From Malacoraja senta (Eukaryota), in contig CM075988.1 in NCBI GenBank assembly GCA_038087875.1, positions 11,966,001 through 12,030,000 on the forward strand: a stretch of DNA of 64,000 nucleotides, read 5' to 3'. Below the pieces are notes generated by a model. The model was not told the DNA's origin. It did not search any database and was given only the letters and a program-made list of their open reading frames with translations. The translations under genes and the position numbers were made by a program. Of this stretch, positions 38,129 through 49,939 are shown one piece after another; positions within the stretch are counted from its first letter, which is position 1; each line of letters starts with the position of its first letter.

Positions 38129-38595
38129 AATTGAATTGAATTGAATTGAATTGAATTGAATTGAATTGAATGCTGTTTATTGTCATTCAAGCCCAGGCTT
38201 GAACAAAAGTTCATTCCTACAGTTTTGTTTTACATTACAAAAAAAACACAAGACCCACACTTAACACAGTTTACATAAACATCCATCACAGTGAGTCTCC
38301 AACACCTCCTCACTGTGATGGAAGGCAAAGTCTTATCTCTTCCCTTTATTCTTCACCCGCGGTCCAGCAGTCCAACTGCAGCGTCTAGGCGAACTGGGGC
38401 TCCGGTGTTAAAGCCCCCGGCGGACGAGGGTAAGTCCCGTGGCCATTCAGCCATGCCGGGCGATGCTAGGCCCCGGCTCCGCGCCCTTCAAACCCCGCGG
38501 TTCAAGCAGTCCAACCCGCAGTCCAACTGCAGTGTCTAGGCGAACTGGGGCTACGATGTTAGAGCCCCCGGCGGGCGATGGTAAGTCCCGTCCGT
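38129..38595 (-). mobile_element. Non-autonomous retroposon with (CAATT)n tail, hairpin and internal 74-bp duplication
   Basis: (AATTG)x8 at 38129-38171, TTTATT at ~38177, 14-bp stem 38282-38322, repeats 38367-38440 and 38518-38591; hairpin shared with 61455-61494. Confidence 0.7.
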
Positions 38596-39149
38596 GCATT
38601 CTCAAGTGCATGAAAGCAGGATAGCATGAGTGGAAATTGGGGGTAAACTCAAAATGTGACGTGTAAACAGAAGGGAGACACTTTAACTTGGGCATGGTCC
38701 ATACGAATACAGCAGTATCAAGATGCCTTTTTTTTATAGCATGACAATTCTGACTGCTAACTTGCTTTATGAGCAGTTGTGCAATTTTAAACAGTAGTGC
38801 GTGTGATCGTGCACGATGAATACTTAAAACTGTGTGGCACTTTAGTTCTCTCGGACGCTTAACCAATAATGTTTTCCACATATGGGAATGTCAGATGGTG
38901 GAAATATTTCAGAATAGGTCTTCCTTAAGCACCTGATCGGGCATAACACATTTTCAAGAGTCTGATCTACATAAAAGTGTGTCTATTCTGAAGATAGTTG
39001 GCGGGCTGTCGCAATTCATCATCGTTGAAAACATTAGCCATGCAGTGGTGCTGGTTTCCGACGGGAACGGTGACGGACTCACAACACATCTCTGTCCGCC
39101 AGTTCCTGCGGACATCCGCCGCTGGAAGTATAGGATTTTGGTGTGTGTG

Positions 39150-39400
39150 CTTCATCATCAGTCCTTACAATGCTATGTACGACAGTGATCGCAACTTCTA
39201 CTGAAGTGTGGATGGCCGTTGGCTCGCTAGAAGCTCATCCACCCTTTGACAGGTCTTGTTTTTGGTCCTGCTGTGGGTCCACAGCCCCCTCCTCATCTGG
39301 CAAACCATGGGCGACTATCCGACCATGGAGCAGGTAGCACAGGATTGCGTGGTACCCCTGGTGGGGGGGAACTCCCCCCAATCTGAACTTTTAACTTTTA
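39150..39400 (-). mobile_element. Probable RTE-derived non-autonomous fragment
   Basis: Minus strand ends ...GTAAGGACTGATGATGA (RTE-type trinucleotide tail); several hairpins (GCTGTGG/CCACAGC, GTGGATG/CATCCAC). Confidence 0.4.
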
Positions 39401-39566
39401 ACCTGTGAAAGTACAAACTAACCTCTCAGTGGAGGGCCTCAATTGGCCAATGTGGCACATGTTTGTTCATTTACAAAGGGTCTCATGCTTACTTTGGGCA
39501 TGGGTGCAGAATAAGAGTTTCTCTCTTTCCCGGGTGACTGCTACGGTTAGCAATGTACCCAATTTA

Positions 39567-39924
39567 GGACGACAGATGGCGCAATGGGCTAAGTGTTCGG
39601 CTGGCAACCGGAAGGTAGCTGGTTCGAATCCCGCTTGGAGTGCATACTGTCGTTGTGTTCTTGGGCAAGACACTTCACCCACCTCTGCCTGCGTGTGAAT
39701 GTGTGTGAATGTGTGTGAATGTGTGTGAGTGATTGGTAGTGGTCGGAGGGGCCGTAGGCGCAAATTAGCAGCCACGCTTCCATCAGTCTGCCCCAGGGCA
39801 GCTGTGGCTACAGAAGTAGCTTACCACCACCGAGTGTGACTGATGAGTGAATGAATAATGCGATGTAAAGCGCCTTGAGTATTAGAAAGGCGCTATATAA
39901 ATCCCATCCATTATTATTATCATT
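39567..39924 (+). mobile_element. CORE-SINE resembling teleost AFC family, L2-type tail
   Basis: A box TGGCGCAATGG, B box GGTTCGAATCC, CORE TGTGTTCTTGGGCAAGACACTTCACCC, GCCCCAGGGCAGCTGTGGCTACA, tail TGTAAAGCGCCTTGAG..AAAGGCGCTATATAAAT..(ATT)n. Confidence 0.88.
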
Positions 39925-40461
39925 AAATACACCCAGCAAGGCCCAGTGGAGGCTCGTTGGCCATTTCACATCAGAAATTCGACATATTACAGAAGAAATT
40001 GCAAGCATATTAATCATGGATCCAATCTAGTTTTCCTTGAGTTACCACTTTATAAACTGGTGTAAAATTGTGATCTCAGATGGCATTAGCAGGAGGAAGG
40101 TAAAAAAAGCTGCTTTGTTAGATAATATGGGAAGAGCATGAATTGTAAAAGCTTTTGCTCTTCTATACAAGCTGCACTATTGACTCCAAGCATTATAACT
40201 CTGATGGAGTATGTCTTTGCCATATTAAACACACTAACATTTAGATACAATCTCAGCATCATACTGGTCTACACTATTCCTGCTCATCTCCCAAGTATAA
40301 TGAATATTTAAACATTTTATCTCTTTTAAAAATCCATCATATGTGATATTTTCCTTAAACTAAATAAATATGTTGTTAAGTGATCTGCTCTTCCATCATA
40401 CACAATTTCATATTTGAACATAATCAATATAAATGGCTGCAGTAAATACAACTTTATGTCA

Positions 40462-40680
40462 GACCAAAGATAGACATAGAGTGCTGGAGCAACTCAGCGG
40501 GTGAGGCAGCATCTCTGGAGAAAATGGATAGGTGCCGTTATGGGTCGGGACCTTTTTTCAGATCCGAATCGAAAATGTCACCTACACATATTGTACAGAG
40601 ATGGTGCCTGACCCACTGTTACTCCAGCACTCTATGTCTATCTTCTAAACCAGCATCTGCAGTTCATTTTTATTACATTT
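40462..40680. mobile_element. Palindromic PLE mini-element pair
   Basis: AAGATAGACATAGAGTGCTGGAG ... CTCCAGCACTCTATGTCTATCTT perfect inverted ends; imperfect flanking repeat TTTAT..AGACCA. Confidence 0.82.
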
Positions 40681-41274
40681 TATCTAAGACCAGTAATGTC
40701 TGAAAACCATTACTCCTTTCTTTTACATTTATGTATTTTTTTAACTTGTCATATTAAATGCTGTGTAATTTCACACTTTTAGTACCCAAACCTGTTTAAT
40801 CTGATTCCCATGTAATTATTTATTCACAATTCAGTTGAATTGAAAAGTTATTGAGGAAATTGTAACTACTTATTTTGCTGATTCTTATGCAAGTCACTCG
40901 ATGAATAACTATGCCTGAGATATTTGGTTTTGGCTGGTTTAATGCATCAAGAGATTAATTACTATGAACCATAAAGATGTAATTTTGCAACCTTTGAATC
41001 ATGAATGAATATGTATCTTTATTGGGGGTAATACATGCAGCTGTTTATCATGTCTGAGCATTGACATGAAGGATTTGTCAATCTCAGATGGGTCAGAAGT
41101 CACAAATAGAGAGAGAAGGGAGAAAATAAACGAAATTAAATTCTTGCTCCAAAGTTTGTATCTTTTGGATTCTGGGTGAGCAGAGCTTTGAACTTTGTTA
41201 AGGTTGATTTTGACTTGGTTTTGATGGTATGTGCATCTAATTAGATCTCTCTTCCACGGTTAAACAACTCTCGA

Positions 41275-41405
41275 CCCGATATCTGTAGCTCTCATAATTT
41301 TATACAGTTCTATTAGGTCTCCCCATAACCTACAGCATTCTGGAGAAAACAATCCAAGTCTGTCCAACCTCTCCATTCAGCTAATACCCACTAATCTAGG
41401 CATCA
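41275..41405 (-). mobile_element. CR1 fragment
   Basis: CTCATAATTTTATAC..TTCTATTAGGTCTCCCC...GAAAACAATCCAAGTCTGTCCAACCTCTCC. Confidence 0.7.
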
Positions 41406-41415
41406 TGTACATGTA

Positions 41416-41527
41416 TAGACACAAAGTGCTGGAGTAACTCAGGTATTCAAGCCTTACCCAATGAATTACTCCAGCGCTTTGTGTCTATGTTTGGTATAAA
41501 CCAGCATCTGCAGTTCTTTGTTTCTAC
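41416..41527. mobile_element. Collapsed palindromic PLE mini-element (cores deleted)
   Basis: TAGACACAAAGTGCTGGAGTAA ... TTACTCCAGCGCTTTGTGTCTA; flanks CATCATGTACATGTA / CATCACGTCCATGTA. Confidence 0.78.
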
Positions 41528-42014
41528 ATCACGTCCATGTAAACAGTTTTTGTTTCTTCTCTCCAGAGTTACTGTCACTTTAAACAAAAAACTTGTTTTG
41601 TTTCTCATTCCTTTTCACAGTTTTGTGTGTGATTTAAGTCTAATTTAACAATTTTCTGGCTTATATTTGGATTGTTGCAATATGTGTTTTTCGGTATATT
41701 TGAAAGGACTTTATGCCTGCTCAGTGATCCCTTACAGAGGATGCCAAACAGGATCAGACATAACTTCAGTGGAAATTTACACTGAGAAATGTTTGACATA
41801 TGGTCCAATTCTTTAATATGAATAGCAAGTCCAGATATTTTTCATTATTTCTTCTTCAAACTGCTTTGGTCTGATAATAAGAGACTTTGTGAGTGTCTGC
41901 GTATGTTTGCATGCATTCGTGTATCTGTACATATGCCTCGGGAGTGACTGAATCGCTGGTAATTTTGATTCTCAAGATTTGATTTGATGAACCATTAATA
42001 TCCATTCACTTGTA

Positions 42015-42513
42015 TTTCTCTCCTCCCCTTCCCCTTCCAACTACATTCCCTCCTCCAGCTTCAAAATTTGCTACTCTTCAATCCTTGGGTCTTACATATT
42101 TTGCCTTTTAATCTCTGTCCACCTTTGACTCTCAAAACATTGACCTCACCTGTATCAACCAAACACCTGGACAGGCAAGCATCTCTGGGGAGAAGGAATG
42201 GGTGACATTTCGGGTCGAGACCCTTGTTCAGACTGAGAGTCAGGATAGATGGAGATTAGAGATTCTCTCCAGAGATGCTGCCTGTCCCACTGAGTTACTC
42301 CAGCATTTAGTGACTATCTTCAGTGTAAACCAGCATCTGCAGTTCCTTCATATACATCACCTGCCAGGTGTTGTCCTTCCCCTCCTCTCTTCCAGCTTTT
42401 TTTCCCCCCACTTACAATCAGACTGAAGAAGGGTCTCGACCCGAAATATCACCCATTCCTTTTCTCCAGAGATGCTGTCTGTCCCACTGAGTTACTGCAG
42501 CATTTTGTGTCTA
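42015..42513 (+). mobile_element. PLE 3' UTR and hammerhead unit with nested inverted mini-element (42170-42357)
   Basis: Insert flanked by CACCTG (42164-42169, 42358-42363); terminal core CTGAAGAAGGGTCTCGACCCGAAATATC at 42423-42450. Confidence 0.8.
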
Positions 42514-42519
42514 CCCCTG

Positions 42520-42720
42520 AGATCCAGATTCCAGATTCAGATTCAACTTTATTGTCATTGTGCAGTGTACAGTACAGAGACAACGAAATGCAGTTAGCAT
42601 CTCCCTAGAAGAGCGACATAAATATGAGCAGTAAATAAATAAATCTAATAAATCCTGGTGGGAGGAGTGTCCGGGGGGGGGGTGTGATTGGCAGTCACCG
42701 AGGTACAGTGTTGAGTAGTG
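42520..42720 (-). mobile_element. Retroposon 3' end with (AATCTG)n-like tail
   Basis: CAGATTCCAGATTCAGATTCAACTTTATTGTCATTG...ACAACGAAATGCAGTT. Confidence 0.55.
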
Positions 42721-43694
42721 TATATGCCAGCACTTTATGTGTGTTTCCCCCCATTAATATCCAGCTGACCCAATCTGAATTGTGATGCAACGTGTTCCAC
42801 TATCTTGGAAAAAATCTTTTCTTTTTGTGATGATATTAACATTTCCAGAATGAGAATAAAAAGATCTATTAATTGCTGAACCTTTTCTGAGTGAGATGGA
42901 TTGTGTTGATAGGTCATGTCTGCAGGAGGGAGTCATTGTACTCTGGAGAGAAAAGTTTTCTTTCATCTTAGTGAAGTTTAAGTTCTAACTGAGATCATGC
43001 AGGTAAACTCACAGATGTCAACTCACTGCATCATCGTATCTCAGCAGCATGCTTTCAAAAACTCTCTTCAGGCTTTCAAAAATCCTTTAAATTATAATAA
43101 CCCTTCTGAGACACGTAACTCTTATCTCCTTTTGTATGTTAAAACCTTTCCAGCTATTTTATAACACAATTTAAAGAAATTATTTCCACATGAACTCACC
43201 AGATTTTGAGGGCAAGGTTTTATCCTGTGAAGGAAATCAGTTCACAAATCAAGACGATTTCTTTGTTCTTTCCACACTCATAGGGTTCAATCTGGATACA
43301 GTCCATTAAAGCCATTATTTCAACAGTAAGTCAAGGCAAGTAAGCCGAGATATTCATCCCAGTCAGCAGAGCTAAATACACTGTAGAGAAGTGACACTGT
43401 CTTGCAATCGGCTTCCCAAATTTCAGACAGCTCTGGAACTGAATTTTAAAAGTGCACAGGAGGATGTGCAACCTGTGGCACCTGTGCTGTGCTGGGTTTA
43501 ATGCTGGCAACCTGTGGTGAACTTTTAACAGGTATCATTTTAATGGAAATGACTTGTCCATTCTGAATCAGTGGAGGTCAGCTTGAAAATGGGGGAATAA
43601 CTTGTGTATCTCTGAAATCAGAGGCACACGTACCAGCAAAGCTCAATTTACCAGTTTCAAAACTCAAGAAAAGTAAAAGCTGGAAGATTACTAC

Positions 43695-43830
43695 TTTAGA
43701 CTTATGAAATACAGCGCGTTCACTGGTCCAAAGGCCCACCGAGTCCACACCGACCAGTGTTCAACCCATACACTCGCACTATCCTACACACAAGGGACAA
43801 TTTATTTACCAAAAGCAATTAACCTGCAAA
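43695..43830 (-). mobile_element. HE1-type V-SINE 3' half
   Basis: GGCCCACCGAGTCCACACCGACCAG...CTATCCTACACACAAGGGACAATTT. Confidence 0.8.
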
Positions 43831-44137
43831 ATGTTGCATGAAATATTCATTGGTCATTAGTACTTGCCTATAAGGTTATGTAAAATGCAATTGATAACTC
43901 AAGTTTCACAGAAACTTAAAAAGCTTACAAATAAATTTCCATTGCTGAATTTGTTCCTTAGACAACAGCAACTTATAGTCATAACAATTTCAACACAGTG
44001 AAAGCTCTTTTGCAATATTTGACACACATCACACACCTTAATCTCACGTCATTTAATTTGCCATTCCATAAGAAGCAGTAAAATGCACACATTAGTGCAT
44101 CAATGGACATCTATTAACATGTAAACACTGTTAACAC

Positions 44138-44581
44138 CTTCAAAGGGTCATCAACACAGCACAAAAAATCACTGGCTGTCCACTGCCCTCCCTGAAGGAC
44201 ATCTTCAGCTCTCGCTGCCTTGGCAGGGCAGCCAACATCCTGAAGGACCCTTCCCACCCTGGACACAACCTGTTCCACCTGCTGCCCTCTGCAGACGGTA
44301 CAGGTCTTTCAAAACTCGCACAAACAGATTCAGAGACAGCTTCTACCCCATAGCCATACGTGAACTTAACAATGCAAAATAATAAATAACACTCACATTC
44401 AACTGAATGGTTCTACCTCAGCTGCTATTGTTATTTATCTGTAATTTTTCTCTTTATATGTATATATTTTTACCTTTTATTATATATTTAACATTGCTCT
44501 TGTGAATCGTACCATGGGATTGACTTTTAAATTTTGTTGTACAATAGTGCAATGACAATAAAGAGATTACTTACTTACTTA
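44138..44581 (+). mobile_element. Young Rex1/Babar LINE 3' end
   Basis: LQRVINTAQKITGCPLPSLKDIFSSRCLGRAANILKDPSHPGHNLFHLLPS-(1-nt deletion)-RRYRSFKTRTNRFRDSFYPIAIRELNNAK* (stop 44380-44382); CAATAAA and (TTAC)n tail. Confidence 0.9.
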
Positions 44582-45349
44582 ACCCAATTGAAGTACATTA
44601 TTGTAAGTCCATTACACAAATTGTTTTCATTCAAAATTAGCAACAAGGTCAGCAACTAAAACAATGTTTATAAAAGACATAAAGGATAAAGATTGGGAGG
44701 TTTATTTTTCAATGGCTGATTTTTGTTCTACTTTAATATTATTAATAATAATACAAAATAAAACAAAATAATCCAATAGCAAGGTTAGGGATGTGCTGGT
44801 GATCTTAGGGAATTTTCTAACTTGCACCTTGATGTTTCCAAGCAAAGCACGGTTAATATTTTATGAGCCTATTGCAAAGAATTTCATCAGCGTGTGGAGA
44901 GACTCCTCAATCAGTTGTCCGGCGACATTGGGCAAGCACTTTGGAAATTGATGAATGAGAGAAATATTTTTATTCACCTCCTGTACCAAGATATTCCTCA
45001 AGGCCACAAATTAGGTTTGAAGGTTAGAGAACTTGGAATGGTGGAAGAATTAGGACAATGGTTGGCTGTCAGTGTGGATGTGGCTTGCGGGGTGAGGGTC
45101 GAGTTATGATTGTTGCTCAGGAGATGGGCGTTGGGACCTGGTGGTGGTAATTGGGGAAGGAATGGAATGTTCATATGGAGCTCATATGTGTAGGACGGGA
45201 GTGTGTCTGGACTTAGGTGATGTCTATCTTGTTGAGGTCTGTAGGAGTAAGAAAGTAACTTAAGAGGAGACCTGTCGGAGTCAGGTTCCCGGGGCTACGC
45301 TGAGACCAGCCGGGGAAGGTCCTTTCACTCATGCAGTTACAGAGCATAG

Positions 45350-45650
45350 CTGGTGGCACAGCAGTAGAGTTGCTGGCTTACAGCACCAGAGACACTGGCT
45401 TGATCCTGACTATGGGTGGTGTCTGCATGGAGATTGTACGTTCTCCCTGTGACTACGTGGGTTTTCTCCAGAGGTTCTGGTTTCCTCCCACATTCCAAAG
45501 ACGTACAGGTTTGTAGGTTAATTGGCTTCAGTTTAAATTGTAAATTGTCCCTAGTGTGTAGGATAGTGCTATTGTATGGGGATCACTGGCCGGCGCTGAC
45601 TCAGTGGGCCGAAGGTTCTGTTTCTACGCTGTATCACTAAACTAAACTGA
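45350..45650 (+). mobile_element. HE1-type V-SINE
   Basis: GGTGGCACAGCAGTAGAGTTGCTG...CCAAAGACGTACAGG...CTAAACTAAAC. Confidence 0.88.
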
Positions 45651-45653
45651 ACA

Positions 45654-45755
45654 AAACCAAAGATAGACACAAAAAGCTGGAGTAGTTCAGCGGGATAGGC
45701 AACATCTCTGGAGAGGAATGGGTGACGTTTTGGGTCAAGACCCTTCTTCAGACTA
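45654..45755 (-). mobile_element. PLE mini-element abutting the SINE tail
   Basis: GGGTGACGTTTTGGGTCAAGACCCTTCTTCAGACT (G12 of the core mutated). Confidence 0.82.
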
Positions 45756-46311
45756 GCTGAGGGTTATGAATGACCAATGAGAAACTTGTTTTAGGTCAAT
45801 GTGACTTGATTTCTCCCAGCAGCACTCTAAATGAGTGGTGCATTGGATATTACATCATTACTTCAGCATGCAAGCTCAAAATGGCTCATTTGTGCAAACA
45901 TAATTTGTGACAGAAGGTGTCTAGTCGGGTCTTCCAAGTGACATGGTTCAACTTGGGAATGAGAATAATTGCATTGTACTCCAGGAAACATTGATGCTTC
46001 CAATGCTAGTGTTGAAAACGCTGGTGCTGCAAGGCTGATTTCTAGATTTTTTTTTTACGTTCCTTAATTTGAAACCTAAGTTTTGTTTCTTCAGTTTGGA
46101 GCATTAAATATGGATGGATATAAAGAGAACAATAAATGGATAAAAAAATGAAATAAATACATCACAATTTCAAGCAGTTTCAAAAATGTGTGAAGGATAT
46201 GAGAACGCTGGGAATGCAAGCATTGGGGATAATTTGAATGCAATCGTGGACAACAAAGCAACATGATGGAACAGATGGAGATAATTGGTACATTTTGATT
46301 CGCATACAAAC

Positions 46312-46445
46312 ACAAGGGTGCCAGGGGTTGTGGGGAGAAGGCAGAAGAATGGGGTTAAGAGGGAGAGATAGATCAGACATGAATGAATGGCAGAGTAGAC
46401 TTGATGGTCCAAATGGCCTAATTCTGCTCTTAGAACTTATGAATA
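46312..46445 (+). mobile_element. CR1 3' tail
   Basis: GGGGAGAAGGCAGAAGAATGGGG...ATGGCCTAATTCTGCTC. Confidence 0.8.
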
Positions 46446-47129
46446 AGCAACGAGAGTAGAAATACTATAATAGAACATTGCAATTCAGTGGAATTGAACT
46501 GAAAAAAATTAAAGAATGGAAACATTCACTATACAAATGATTGTGGATAATCAAATGCGCCGTAGGAGTTGTGCATTCTGTTTCTTTCCCCGTATTCATT
46601 CAAACTGTTCCACAACTGGAGTATTTATCAAATGCATGCTAATTTCCATTTGATGAATATGTCCATTTTACTGCAATGTAAGCTGTATTTTAGACAATGG
46701 CAACATAACCAAACAACAGGGAATCAATAAAACAAAATAACGCCCCTTATCAGAGAATTCTGCTTTATGTATACCAAATATATTACATTTTAATATGAAT
46801 CATATTGCTTTAGAATTCTGCATGGAAATCATAATGTCATCTACCATCTGTCAGCTGTGAGTGGTATTGTCTTGGCTCCAGGCTAGCTTGATTAAACAAG
46901 CATGAACATAATTCTGGACCATTTTCCATAATGTGTGCTTGTATCTTTTCCTGGAATATACTATTCCAAAATAACAGGTGACGCTGACATAAACGTTCTT
47001 GGAAAAAGATTCAGGCATCAAGTCAAATTCTGGAAATAGTTGAATCTTAGTTCATTGTAAGTTGAACATGATTGTACAGTTCACGAGAAAGGAAAAGGAA
47101 AATATGGGCAATTTGTACTTTATTATTTT

Positions 47130-47224
47130 GTCTGGAGAAGGGCCTCGACCCGAAACGTCACCTATCCTTTCGTTCAATAGATGCTGCCTCACCTGCTGAG
47201 TTTCTCCAGCATTTTTGTCTACCT
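47130..47224 (+). mobile_element. Solo PLE mini-element with 15-bp TSD
   Basis: GTCTGGAGAAGGGCCTCGACCCGAAACGTC; TTTATTATTTTGTCT at 47119-47133 and 47225-47239. Confidence 0.88.
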
Positions 47225-49939
47225 TTTATTATTTTGTCTTGTAGGTTTCTAAACCTGTTGCAATTGTGATATTTTTTTGTTTACTTTTTTTGTCCATTTA
47301 TTGTTGTTCATTTTAATCCATATTTCCTTTGAGAAATATTGGATTCTGTTGTCCCCATTTTTGTGGGTGTTGTACGATTCTTTGGGCTCAAAATGGCATC
47401 CGCAAGGATACTAATAGTTGCAATGGCACTGAGCGCCATATTAGTGAGGACATCGGTCTGCAGAAAAGGCTGGTCGTGGTGGCAGTGTCTAGCACTTTGA
47501 TAACAATGCTCCATTTTTTAAGCTCTTCACTTGAACCTGACTGTCTCTTAAACTCAGATATCTGCTTCTTAATTGCAATGATGATGGTGTTAGCAGGTTC
47601 AGTGTTTGTTTATAAAACAAATACTCCATTCAAAGATCCATGTTTTACTGTACCTTGCTATGCCTGCTCGTGTATTTCCCTAGTTTCAGAATTGCTAAGT
47701 AAATGTAGACTTGGTATTTTGAGATGCATTGTCCTCTATTTCCTTGGATTAACTCTATGCTGAGGGAGATTGGTTTGCTTTATCTGATTTCCAATCCTTG
47801 TTTCCAATAATACCTAATAACCAGTTGCACTTGGCACTTAGTTCAGTACCTGGTGAAAGGAGTCTGTCAGTTGTTGGTGTTTTGTCTCATCAATCGTTCA
47901 ATGATGATCAGATCTAAATGTTCTTGTAGCACTTCATTTTTTTTCCATCCAGAAGTTTAATCTGTGCTCAGAGCTATTCACACAATCTCCTTCAGTACAA
48001 AGAATTTATGCATGCAATATATTTTCTATTTCTTGGACATTTGATTATTGTGCTACCAATCTGACAGTTTAAAGCCCCCACAGGTATATTTTGCATCTGT
48101 TTGAGTAGATAGAACCATCTACTCTCTCACTATTCCATGCCATTCAAATGCAGTATTTTAACTTTAATCTTTATTGCCATGTATTTAAATTCATCTAGTT
48201 TCACTGTGCTACTCATAGTTTTGTGCTTTGGAATAATGATTTGGTTCCTAACGATCTCAGTAATTGCATTATTCCTTATGTTAGTACTCCGTCATGCTTT
48301 CCCACTGGTTTGTATTTACCTTTTATACCTTATGTGCCAGTTTTTTCAGATTCATTCTTCTTCCTAATATTGTGCCTTCCAGTGGAGGTGTCTGTCTTTG
48401 ATTGTTTCCCCAGAATCTGTTATTGAGAATTGCAATTGCTATTGACATACTCCCTCAAAGTCTGCCTTATCGTCTACGATTGACATCAAACTCTGGTTTG
48501 GTCAAATATTTGCTCTCTGTTAATTAATATTGGTTTTAGCTGCAAGCTTGATTGTGGGTTTTATCCAATTATTTAGTGTGATCAATTGCTTATTATATTG
48601 GATAGGATATATTTTTTAAATTCTTCTGTGTCCTCAAGAGATTTTAAAACCTCTCAGTGAGAGGTTGACCTCCTTAAAATAATTTTGGCTTCTATCATAA
48701 TCCCTTGACTTCATTGGTAACCAACTGTTGGTTTTAATAATTAATCTTAGTTGGCCTAATAGTCAATGCTAATAACAAGCTAGTTTTTGTTCGCAGTCCG
48801 CTTGCCTCTAGAAGATTGTAATTTCAATGTTGATTCTAGAGACGTCAATGACTATGGTGAAAGAATGGTACATTGTTAGCAATGCAGTTAATGATAGATT
48901 CTGGTTTCTGATTTCTTGGGACTTGAAACATCTAGAATTCTTTCAAAGAACATAAGGTTTTTGTTGACATTATTGGTAGGATTTATCCCTCAATCACTTT
49001 TGTAGAGAATCCGACCATTATTTCTATTTCTCTACATGAATTGGCTATCCAGTCTCGAATGACTGGTACCTTGAAAGCATCTCTGGCTATAAGTGCTTTA
49101 AATAGTCCAATGAGAAATAGTATAATTTTCCTGCCTTGTAATTCCCTTGATATTCTAAGAAGCTTACTCTTTCTCCTTGAATGTTGATGTAACTAATCTA
49201 CTATTTCACAGTCAGTTTAGTTGGTGGCACCATGAGTGATCTACCAATTTGCTTTTTGCAGGGATAGATGAAATTGGGTACAAGATAAGATTGTAAGACT
49301 ATGTTTCACTCTCTCCCCTATTATCGCTGATATAACTTCTGCTCTCTTTTCCTTTCTGAGGTTTTAACATTGATTAGATTCACTCTCTTTCACTGGAAGC
49401 TTGGAGATGATACATTTCTTCATTGTTGCAAAGTAAACTATTTATAGTGCATTAAAAATTTCTAAAAATATCTCCAAGCCTTGGTAACATGATTTCTGCT
49501 TGGAAATAAATTTGTTTCATACTTTTCTTAAATGTTGTACTTGATAGACTTTGTCGTCATTCTTGCCTCTTATGGTGAGGACCGAATCATCCTGATCTAA
49601 TGCTGACACACACCAGGGCTGGTAGTAGTTCCTGTTTTCTCTTTCTCCTTCATTGCCCCCTTAAATATACTTTCCCTCCATCACTTGATTTCCTATCATT
49701 GGCTCCATAATCTTCGCCAACAGTATTCTTGACCTCAGTATCATTGCATTTGTGTAACACAAGTAACATTGTTTTCTCTCTCATTTGTAATGGTCTTGTA
49801 ATTTTTTCCACAATAATCTCAATCTAAAATGAATCTTATTTCATTGCTCATGAAATCTACGCTGGCTCCCAGAATAAACTCTCATTTTCATCTAATCTAA
49901 TCCTGTTCTCTCGCGTACGTTCATTATCTAACTTCCAAT

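Noticed and set aside
38447-38881. 144-aa minus ORF
   Set aside because: Runs across the junction into a GC-rich retroposon duplication; no recognisable motif
39140-39165. CTGATGA on the minus strand as a hammerhead
   Set aside because: No stem II or GAAA follows; better explained as a (TGA)n retroposon tail
39567-39640. tRNA gene (also the heads of HE1 SINEs)
   Set aside because: A and B boxes continue into SINE bodies; no complete cloverleaf with acceptor stem and terminator
44870-45109. Protein-like frame EFHQRVERLLNQLSGDIGQALWKLM...
   Set aside because: In-frame stop just upstream, no good acceptor, no recognised homology
47329-47763. 144-aa ORF with hydrophobic stretches
   Set aside because: Non-ATG start, no recognisable domain or exon structure; a chance ORF is plausible in 64 kb
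48400-49600. Possible very old minus-strand CR1 endonuclease region
   Set aside because: Only faint motif resemblance; too decayed to support as a feature
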